From positions 3,950,312-4,014,311 of the forward strand of contig JARDVH010000154.1 in NCBI GenBank assembly GCA_030324005.1: a stretch of DNA of 64,000 bases. The letters are read 5' to 3'. This document shows positions 36,101-45,246 of this stretch, one piece after another; within the stretch, counting starts at the first letter, position 1; every line of letters begins with the position of its first letter. Below the pieces are notes generated by a model. That model saw nothing but the letters and a program-made list of their open reading frames with translations. It had not been told where the DNA came from and made no database searches. Origin of the DNA: Negaprion brevirostris. Taxonomy: Eukaryota. Both the position numbers and the translations under genes were made by a program.

Positions 36101-37469
36101 TGGCTCCAATGTGTAAAATTTTAATTTCTGCCTCTCCAGATGTTATGTTTTAATTTCCTCACTATCTTACTCTGTCGACATATCTCACCATTCATTTTAT
36201 CGCGATGCTATTAAATATGAGAAACGTGGTACTTGCACTGATTACAAACAATTCGAGAGACCCAGCCACTGATGCAGGAAAGCCAGCGGAATTGGGAAGG
36301 TTCGCGGCAGGAAGGGTATCCGGCTGTTAAACCACCCGCCAGATCTCTCTTCCTTCACCCCACCCCCACAAAACAAAAAAATGATGCTTGATATGAAGGA
36401 TTACCAGCCAGCATTGCGACATTGTGACGACCCTATGTAACATGGAGGGGGAAAAACTGTAAGAGAAAAGGTATACAACACCAGACATTTAAAACATCGC
36501 ATTGCACTAACTCAACGGGATTAAATTTCACAAGAAATCATTTCATTCAGTAATGGTTAGTGGAAAGAAGCGGATTCGTTTGGATGGATGGGAACATTGA
36601 ACTCCTCCGCCCCTCCCCCGCAGGGCTTCCGTATTTATAATAAACTTCATGTTTTCCACATTTCGATCAGCTGTTTTAGGTCCTATGATACCTAAAACCC
36701 ATTAGAATAAATTTAAAGTAGACATCATATAGAACAAAATAAATCTCAATGCATGTTGAGCAATCTGCCCATCAAGCCTTTAATACTCTTTGCTCCACGT
36801 TGGAGATATTTACTTTAACCACTTCTAGACACTTTTTATATTAATTCTTCAAGTAGTGTTCTATGGAATTACACATACAATAATATCAGAAGATTTATTG
36901 TTCACCCCCGCCCCCCAGAAAGTGACGGAATCAGGGAACTGGACGCTTCAATTCAGCACTAGATGGAACGTCAGTTGAATAATAGTTGATCACTCTGATA
37001 CAGGAACGAATGGGGGCGGGGAGAGGAGGTTCAACACAGGCAGAAATAGCATTAACTCTCCAAATCGTTTTCAATACACATTTGATCTACCCATTTCACT
37101 GAGCCACATTCAAGCATAAAGCGAGCCATATACAAAAACATACATCTTATGCCCTTGACAAAGAACATTACGGAGGCAATAGTTCCAAACGATGTTAGAA
37201 CACTTGGTTATGTATCCTGTTTGTTGCTTAAAACGATGGAATGGCACAACAACTAGGATAAATAACTCCTGCCCTTTTATCATTGTAGATCCAACAAAAC
37301 CAATCCAAATATCCAGGGTAGGCACGTTTCTCTTAGATTAAAAATATTATGATTTCCTTTTTTAATGAAGTGTGAGTTTTTTTGTCAACATACGGCGAAT
37401 ATTTTCTGCGTAAGCTATTTATGCTTTAATTCTTGGTGCATATATCTCGAAAAAAAACACACTAGCAGT

Positions 37470-37523
37470 CACCTTCAAACACAGGCGGTGAGGTTTCATT
37501 AAAGAATTAAGTCGTTTTATTTA
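37470..37523 (+). repeat. 54-bp exact duplicate of the HoxB2 poly(A) region (other copy 41623-41676)
   Basis: caccttcaaacacaggcggtgaggtttcattaaagaattaagtcgttttattta occurs identically at both places. Confidence 0.95.
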
Positions 37524-37934
37524 TGATCCCGCAAAAACCCCTAAATCTACTCAAGAAGCAAAGACAAAGCCTGACCTTTCCATGAGTATTTATTCAGGGA
37601 AATTTGCAAATTGTATGTACAGCACTCATCAGCTTTGTGTTCGGGTGAGGGGCACCCAACATAAGATTGTTTTTACAGAATGGTTACAGATCTGAAAGAG
37701 GTCATTCGGCCCAGTGAGCCTGTGCTGGCAAGAAGAATGTAGCTCATTCCGCTCTGCCAACCTTTCCCTGTAGCCGCGCAGTTGTCTTGTCTCTGACTAC
37801 TTACCCAACCCTCCTTTCCAAGACTGTAATTTCCGAAAGCACATTCCAGATTCCAACCACTCACTCAAGTTAAAAATATTTTCCTTCATGCCATCTTTGC
37901 CAATCATTCACAATCTCCACTGCTTGACTCTTCT

Positions 37935-38140
37935 ACAGCAAGGAGTCTCACAACACCAGGTTAAAGTCCAACAGGTTTATTTGGTAGTAAACGCCATAGC
38001 TTTCGGGGTTTGCCCCACCTGACAAAGGGGCAAACCCTGAAAGCTATGGCATTTACTACCAAATAAACCTGCTGGACTTTAACCTGGTGTTGTGAGACTT
38101 CTTACTGTGTTTACCCCAGTCCAACGCCGGCATCTCCACA
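37935..38140. mobile_element. Palindromic Penelope-like element (82-bp inverted arms)
   Basis: Arms 37935-38016 and 38027-38108 (5 mismatches, 10-nt loop), tail to 38140, TSD gcttgactcttct / gcttgacccttct. Inserted in a CR1 fragment (about 37670-38330). Confidence 0.75.
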
Positions 38141-38439
38141 GCTTGACCCTTCTGCCATTGGGATCTCTTTCTTGCCGCTGTCCACAGACACCTTAGCAAT
38201 CTCTATCGAATCTCTTAATCTTGTCTCCGAGATCAGTTCCTCCAAACTGTTCCGGTCCCTCAGCCCTGGAGCCACTGGGAACCTTTCCTACACTCTGTCT
38301 AAAACCTTCAAATTCTTCCAAAAATTTTGTATTGGTACTTACAAAGGGTGACTGCTCTATTTTGCTGACAACCTGTTAGTTCGTTACGAATGGACTGCCC
38401 GTGGATACAGCTCACCATGAGATATTTTCCCGTGTATTT

Positions 38440-38787
38440 TTTTATTCATTCGTGGGACACGGGTGTCGCTGGCTGGGCCATCATTTATTGCCCATCTTTA
38501 GTTGCCCGAGGGCATTTGAGAGTCAACCACATTGCTGTGGCTCTGGAGTCACTTGTACGTCAGACCTGGTAAGGGCAGCAGATTTCCTTCCTAAGGGACA
38601 TTAGTGAACCAGATGGGTTTTTCCTGACAATGGTTTCATGGTCATCAGTAGATTTTTAATTCCAGATACTTTTTATTGAATTTAAATTCCACTATCTGCA
38701 GTGATGGGATTTGAACCTGGGTCCCCAGAACATTAGCTGAGTTTCGGGATTAATAGTCTAGTGATAATACACTAGCCCACTGCCTCC
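38440..38787 (-). mobile_element. tRNA-derived SINE (family A) inside the Hox cluster
   Basis: Collinear with the 11365-11712 copy; B-box ggttcaaatccc on the minus strand. Confidence 0.8.
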
Positions 38788-38924
38788 TAGGGACGTTTCC
38801 CCATTGTAAATTACAATGTATTATTCTGATGCTAAGTTGAAACTTTGACATGCAAATGCTGTTAAATAAAACACTGGATGGGGATTAAGTTTAAGTATTC
38901 TACAGTTGTATCTCTGAATTTTCT

Positions 38925-39450
38925 TTCTATATTGTTACCCCTGGCTGGAGGGCCCAAATCTATAAGACACAGACTCAGGGTAATAATTAGCAGAAATTAT
39001 TTAATTCAGGGGTTTGTGAATTTTTGGAATTCTTTATCCCAGAGGGCCGGGAATGCTCAGTTCTGGAATATCTTCAAGAGAGAGATCGTTAGACCTTTGG
39101 GAATTATGTGAATATTGGGAATGATTGAAAAAAAAACAATGTTATGGGATCTGGGCGTCGTTGGCTAGGTCAACATTTATTAGCCATCCTTAAATGCCCT
39201 TGAGAAGGTGGTGACGATGGTGAGTTGCCTTCATGAACTGCTGCAGTCCGCGTGGCGCAGTACACCCACATTGCCCATTAGGGATGGAGTTCCAGAATTT
39301 TGACCCAGCGACACTAAAAGAACAGGATTTCCAAGGCAGGACGGTGTGTGGCTTGGGAATGGGAAATGGGGTGAGATCAAAGACCAGCACTGACAGTATT
39401 GAGTGACAGAACAGGCTCGAGGGGCTGAATGGCCTAGTCCTGCTCCTATC
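38925..39450. mobile_element. CR1 fragment interrupted by an antisense LINE/SINE tail
   Basis: ORF 38878-39111 reads FVNFWNSLSQRAG...IFKREI (CR1). 39140-39360 on the minus strand reads FSVAGSKFWNSIP; CR1 tail ggctcgaggggctgaatggcct at about 39415. Confidence 0.55.
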
Positions 39451-40284
39451 CCTTAATCAGGATTTTAACTGGTAAAGCCAGTTGTATTGGTGTCATTTGT
39501 GATCTCTTCAATTACTGGAAGACATAAAAAATATTAAATGAAGTGGAAATACAACCTTTACGTAGAGAGTAAAGGTGGGATTTTGTGCCTGGCTCCCCCC
39601 CACTCCCCTGTGCCAGGGGGCACGCCATTATCTGACAGCAGGATATTCCAGTCCTGCCGCTGTCAATGGCTTTTTCCTTTGCTCGCATCCTCCATTGCCT
39701 TTGGTGGGACTGGAAAACCCTCCTTACTCCAAAAGGGCCAGAAAATTGCAGGCTAAGCATTGGTTTTCCTGGTGAGTTGCATGGCAACTGGAGAGAAAGT
39801 ACACGGCGAGTTTGCAAAGGGCGCAGTTGAAACTCTGAAGCCAGTCTGATTACTGGGAGTTTTGACAAAGTTCAGTTGTCTGCAACCTCCTCCGGCTCTT
39901 AGGAATTCCTGGCCCACCTTCTGAAGCTGCTTCTGAAAGCAAGCCAAAATACAGAGATTGCAACATCCAACACATTCAATAAATGCAACTGTCTGGGATC
40001 TTTCCCAGCTCAGATGGACGGGACTGCTGTTTTCTTTGGAACTTCTTGTGATCTGGAATGAACTGTTTGTAAAAGGGTGGTGGAAAGTCTAACTTTCGAT
40101 TGGAATTGGATAAGCATTTGAAGAAAAAAAAGGGAGATTTACAGGGACTATGGGGAAAAAAGGGGTGGGGGCGTGAAGATAGCACAACTAAAGATGGCCT
40201 GAATGACCTCCTCCGGTGCGGTGCGATTAGAGTATGATACAAACCCCCTCCCCTCAACCAAATTGTTACTTCAGCACAAAACAG

Positions 40285-40930
40285 AGCCATAGCACAGAAA
40301 AAGTCCCTTCAGCCCATTGCGTATGTGCGGGTCAAAGACAAACCACCCAACTATTCTAATCCCATTTTCCAGCACTTGGCTCATAGCCTTGAGTGCCTTG
40401 GCATCGCAAGACCACATCTAAATACTTCTTAAATGCTCTGAGGGTCTCTGCCTCCACCACGCTTTCAGGCAGTGAATTCCAGACCCCCGCCACGCTCTGG
40501 GTGAAAAAAGTTTTCCTCACATCTCCTATAAACCTCCTGCCCCTTACCTTAAGTCTCTGCCCCCTGATTAGTGATCCTTCCACCAAGGGGAAAAGTTTCT
40601 TTCTATCTACTCTAGCTGTGCCACTCATAATTTTAATCATGTCCCCACCACCCCTCAGTCACCTCTGCTCCAAGGAAAACAACCCCAGTCTATTCATAAT
40701 TAAAACTCTTCAGCTCAGGCAACATTGTGGCAAATCTCCTCTGCACCCTTTCCAATGCTATCACATCCTGCCTAAAATATGGATTCCAGAACTACATAAA
40801 ATACTCCAACTGCGGCCTACCCAACATTTTATACAGTTCCAGTGAAACCTTCCTGCCATTAAACTCTATGCCTTGCCAATAAAGACAAATGTACCATAGA
40901 CCTTCTTAACCACTTTATCTACCTGTCCTA
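40285..40930 (-). mobile_element. CR1-type LINE 3' fragment
   Basis: ORF 40356-40640 KIMSGTARVDRKKLFPLVEGSLIRGQRLKVRGRRFIGDVRKTFFTQSVAGVWNSLPESVVEAETLRAFKKYLD is a clear CR1 ORF2 C-terminus. Confidence 0.85.
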
Positions 40931-41294
40931 GTGTAGCCTCAAATGATAATATAACAGTTTTCCCAAACTGGTTTGCGGTTAGAAAGTTCAATTATTTTTG
41001 AAATGGTCTCTTATCAAAGATCTGCAACTGGATTGTAGCAATTTGATCCATTCACTTGGATGAATTTTCATTCATTCTTCCAAAGGCTTTTTAAACTGCC
41101 TTTTTCCAAAGATTATTAAATGTTAAAGTTAAAACTTCAGCAACTAGAGTGACGTCACATTACTGCGCACGAGAAGGCAAAATAACACAAGTTGGGGAAC
41201 AGGAGTTGTTCGCACCACGAAAGAGAAACCTGGGCAGCAACAAACAAACCCAATGTTATACACAGAATAATTAATGGAGTGATTACGTACAGGG

Positions 41295-41500
41295 CCAGAC
41301 ACACTGAAGTCGCCATAGTCCCAGATGACCATAGACTGACTGCTGGTGATTTAACCAGAAGGTCATCACACTTCAGGCAGGGGGCAAGATTGAGAAGATG
41401 GGGTCTTCATGAATAACCTCAGGCAGTACGGGAACTGAACTCATGCTGTTGGCATCGCTTTGCATCGCTAACCAGCCGTCCTGCCCACTGAGTTAAACTG
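41295..41500 (-). mobile_element. tRNA-derived SINE (another family)
   Basis: Minus-strand head taactcagtgggcaggacggctggttagcgatgc...gagttcagttcccg carries A/B-box-like motifs. Confidence 0.5.
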
Positions 41501-41668
41501 ACCCCCAAAGTGAAGTGGAGAGNNNNNNNNNNNNNNNNNNNNNNNNNNNNNNNNNNNNNNNNNNNNNNNNNNNNNNNNNNNNNNNNNNNNNNNNNNNNNN
41601 NNNNNNNNNNNNNNNNNNNNNNCACCTTCAAACACAGGCGGTGAGGTTTCATTAAAGAATTAAGTCGT

Positions 41669-41674
41669 TTTATT
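41669..41674 (-). terminator. HoxB2 polyadenylation signal
   Basis: AATAAA about 450 bp after the stop, preceded on the mRNA by U-rich tatttattgtacattattt. Duplicated at 37516-37521. Confidence 0.55.
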
Positions 41675-42121
41675 TAAACTATGAAAATAATGTACAATAA
41701 ATAATTTAAAGTTCACTATTTCAGAATTTATAATAAATAGGCTACCTCTAAAACATAAAATAACTCGTCACAGTTGTCCTTTTGGGAGCTATAGGATAAA
41801 ACAGCTTTACTATAAATACAATTCCGATATATGTTTTCCTGAGATAGTAAACAAGAGGAATCTACATTTTTTACGTCTTGACGAATTTAGGAAAATGCAA
41901 CTGAATAAAACCGTATTTAATTAAATACCTGTGCAATAAAGACTGCAATTCTTGTAGACTCCAGGTCAAGGCTGAAGGATAAATTATTTACTGTGAGATC
42001 AATCCTATATCACACAGACCTTTCTTTAATATTCCACATTACTGTAATTTAAAATAGGAAATAATGAGCATAATTTTAAACATGGCTGTATTTCTACACG
42101 GGCCTTATGTCTTGCGAATCG

Positions 42122-42837
42122 CTACTGATAATTAAGGTGCTGCAAGTCTATTGTGCAGAGAGCGCTGGTGAAAAAATCAAAACTGTCCTCGGGGATATCC
42201 ACAGGACTGTCGATGGAATCCTGCAAGCTGGGAGATAATCCATCGGAGAACGGCAGATAGGAATCCGAAGAAAACATGTTTAAATCTGGCAAGGAGACCA
42301 AATCCAGGTGCTCGGAGTTGAGAGTGTCCAGACCAGAGCTACACATCTGGCCTGTTGTAAACCCGTTTTCAACACTGGCAGTCAGATAAAAGGGGCTCTT
42401 GGCTTTTCCATCGCTGCCGCACACAGTCAGGTCCTGCAGGTTTTGGAGTTCTTTGCTCAGTGTGTTTTGGTTTTGCTTTTTTGCTTGTTCAGCGCAGTTT
42501 TTATATTCTAAATAAGTTCCTGATGCTTCGACAGGTTGGCTATAAGGCGATGACTCTTCGGCTTTGTCTTCTGGAAGCGAGCTGTTGGAGTAACTAACCT
42601 CTCCGTCTTGGTTTTCTTTATATTGTGCTTGCCGCTTATGCTTCATGCGCCGATTTTGGAACCAGACTTTAACTTGCCTCTCGGTCAGTTCGAGTAGGGC
42701 CGCGATCTCCACTCTGCGGGGCCTGCACAGATATTTGTTGAAGTGAAACTCTTTCTCTAGTTCCAAGAGCTGCGTATTTGTGTAGGCTGTCCTTAACCTC
42801 CGAGAGCTGCTGCTGTTGTCTCGTTCACCCTGGCCTT
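42122..42837 (-). CDS. HoxB2: Homeobox protein Hox-B2, exon 2
   Basis: PG2 homeodomain [58 protein letters not shown] and PG2 C-terminus [17 protein letters not shown]. Long polypyrimidine tract then ttag| acceptor, stop TAG at 42124-42122. Lies between HoxB1 and HoxB3. Confidence 0.95.
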
Positions 42838-43451
42838 CTAACAATAAAGGGTAGAAAGAGAGAAAGAGGAAGAGAGAAAGACCGTGAGGAGGAGTGAAAG
42901 TAAATGTTTAACATGCCCATTGAAAAAAAAGCTGCAGTAGTTTCTGTTGGACCAGAAACCGTCCTTTCACAAATTAAAATGGAAATGAGCTTTGTAAATG
43001 TTACTTTCTCGCAACCGGTCAATAAGTAACATTGCCTTTAATTAAAACATTAAAATTAAGAAATTCTTCCAGCAAAACGCATCTTGCCCTTCCTCGAGTT
43101 GTTGCAGTTTATAAGAGTTTGTTCAACATGGCCGCCGAGAATGCAAATACCAGAATCTACAATATACTGAAACACTCTGACAACATAAATCGCATATTAA
43201 AATAGCATTAAACAAAATATTACAATAAATCAACATTTTAAAGCACTGGATCCATCAGGCAATTATAAATGCATTTCATAAATCAAACAGCAATAAAATC
43301 CTAGATTAGCCCGCTGCTTTATAAGGCGTTGTCATCTATGCTCTAATTGGTATAGATGCTGCACACTAAAGTTTTGTAAATTACGTATTTTGCTCTAAAA
43401 ATATATCGCCTTAATATAAACGTGCAGAGGAAGTCTCGGCTTTGGGCAGAC

Positions 43452-43815
43452 CTGTCGGAGACTCCACCGTACGAGAGGAGCTAGGGACCGGAGCTGACAA
43501 TGACAAAGGTGTTTCGTTGATTTTTTTCGACGACTTTTTCTCTTTCATCCATGGAAACTCGGCCGCGGCAGCAGATGGGAATGAGCCATTTGGAGGCCGC
43601 TTTTCGCGACTTGGCCGCCGCTGGTTGCTGCTGGGATTCAGGCTCGGGATGGTCTGCTCAAAAGGAGGAGGAATTAGTGTCGAGTGTGAAAGCGTCGAGT
43701 TCTTGATTGATGAACTTTGAAATGTATCAGCGACAGCAGGGAAGGACGTCAGGCACTCGGCAAGCGAAGGCTGGCTGTTAATAAAACCAGTCTCTCGCTC
43801 CAATTCGAAATTCAT
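43452..43815 (-). CDS. HoxB2: Homeobox protein Hox-B2, exon 1
   Basis: N-terminus [38 protein letters not shown] (the NF start is B2-type) and hexapeptide EFPWMKEKK. Donor ACAG|GTCTGC gives an in-frame phase-1 join (T-E-G-Q); total CDS 1080 nt. Confidence 0.93.
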
Positions 43816-43967
43816 GGCTTTCTTAATCCCGAATGGAGAAAGTTATGAATATTGCAGGTCCAGAAAAAATATTTTCAGGCTTTAATTCTGTATCTCTGAT
43901 ATTACAAGGCGTTTGGGGACAGACTCTATTAAACTGAGGACCAGATTGAAATTGGACCAAATTCGTT

Positions 43968-43991
43968 GTCACATGATTGGCGTTGCCCAAT
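43968..43991 (-). promoter_or_regulatory. HoxB2 proximal promoter motifs (CCAAT boxes plus E-box)
   Basis: Minus-strand CCAATCATGTGAC (43980-43968) and a second CCAAT (plus strand, 43987-43991), about 150-175 bp upstream of the ATG. Confidence 0.55.
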
Positions 43992-44863
43992 AGCAATTTG
44001 TTGTCTATGAAAAGAAATCATTATCTCTGCAATTGATCCAAAAAAGTGAAGGAAAATTCGACTTTATTTTTATTGTTAGAATTCTAAATTTACCTTCAGA
44101 TTTTACCAATTCTTTTCATGCTTTTTGTTATTTTGAAGAAAGCTGCATGTTGATTTTAAAAAAATCTGTCTATTATATCAAAGTATTTTGCAATTCAAGT
44201 GAAGAAGATTTGCACCTAAAATCTGGCGGCTTGAGTAATTAACAAGGTACCTCATTAATCTTCAAAGTTTTGACAAGAGGGCCTGTAACAAAATAGAACT
44301 TTCACAAGATCAGCCAGGCAGTTGCAATTTGCCTGTAGGAAAGTTCCAAACCCTTTAAATGCCTGTATCATTGGACATAATTCACAAAATGTGCTTTTTC
44401 CAATTATCGAATGGATATAAGTGTTATTACTATAGTTTTTCAAAGCAGAGAAGAGGTTTCTGAAACCAGGTAAGTATTGGATTTTAATTTGAGGTAGGCT
44501 TGAAATAGTGAGAAACTATTGAGTAACCAGTTTAACCTATTTATGTATCCTGGAAAATTTTACTGCAACACTTTTCTAGCTATCTATTTATCCATTCATT
44601 TATCTATCCCGCTATCTATTTATAAACAGAATTTCCTTTTTGAGGTGTTGTTTTTAAATTACTTTCATTCCAAAAAAACTTGTTTAAAACTACCCAAGTT
44701 TATTGAAAACTCATTTTAAATCTACTGCTTCATGAGAAAACTCATGACAATGTAAAAAGGAGACATTTATTTTAAGGAAAGTTATTTGAAAGAGTCACTA
44801 GCTTGAAAGTTGCAACAAAAATCTTTTTAAAACGCTGAACTTAAGGAGGAATGAAAGCGGCCA

Positions 44864-44896
44864 CGATCAATCTTTCCCCACAAAATGGCTTGACAG
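44864..44896 (-). promoter_or_regulatory. HoxB2 rhombomere-4/neural-crest enhancer core (Meis/Prep plus Pbx-Hoxb1 sites)
   Basis: Minus strand reads CTGTCA (44896-44891), then 17 bp, then AGATTGATCG (44873-44864), about 1.05 kb upstream of the HoxB2 ATG. AGATTGATCG is the known Hoxb2 r4 Pbx-Hox site. Confidence 0.8.
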
Positions 44897-45220
44897 CTAA
44901 GGCTTGGGAGCAAACACAGAAGAATTTGCTTCCCCATATCAAATGCCAGGAAGTGAGGCTGGCCTTCCTTTCTTACCATTTTTTTAAAAGCAGGGTGACG
45001 AAATGCATTTATTTTTAAATCAAGAGCCGCACACACATAATAATAATGAATCCCTGACTTCATGAGAACGGAGTGAGGCTACACATGAATAGTCAGATTG
45101 GAGCCCCTTCATGTTTTCAAGGGAAATATATAAAACATTGCCTTGGTTTGGCATGCAATCCCTCCTGTTAAAACGCTGTGTAGGATGTGTAAATGAATTC
45201 GTGCGATGGGGCCTAGAAAC

Positions 45221-45246
45221 CTTTGTTTGCCAAAGATGCGTGGGTG
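45221..45246 (+). promoter_or_regulatory. HoxB2 r3/r5 enhancer candidate (Sox/HMG box next to Krox20/Egr2 site)
   Basis: CTTTGTTT (45221-45228) lies next to TGCGTGGGTG (45237-45246), just upstream of the r4 element. This is the arrangement known for PG2 hindbrain enhancers. Confidence 0.65.

Noticed and set aside
37935-38108. Hairpin as a microRNA precursor or intrinsic terminator
   Set aside because: It has a TSD and a sister copy at 24.1 kb, so it is a mobile element; it matches no miRNA I recognise.
38440-38787. Idea that the in-cluster SINE is protected from CpG decay compared with the 11.4 kb copy
   Set aside because: It keeps more CpGs at one end but fewer elsewhere, so there is no consistent difference.
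43411-43815. Unspliced exon-1 ORFs as stand-alone proteins (134 aa HoxB2; likewise 152 aa HoxB3 with a TTG start)
   Set aside because: They read through splice donors into introns; the spliced models give complete Hox proteins.
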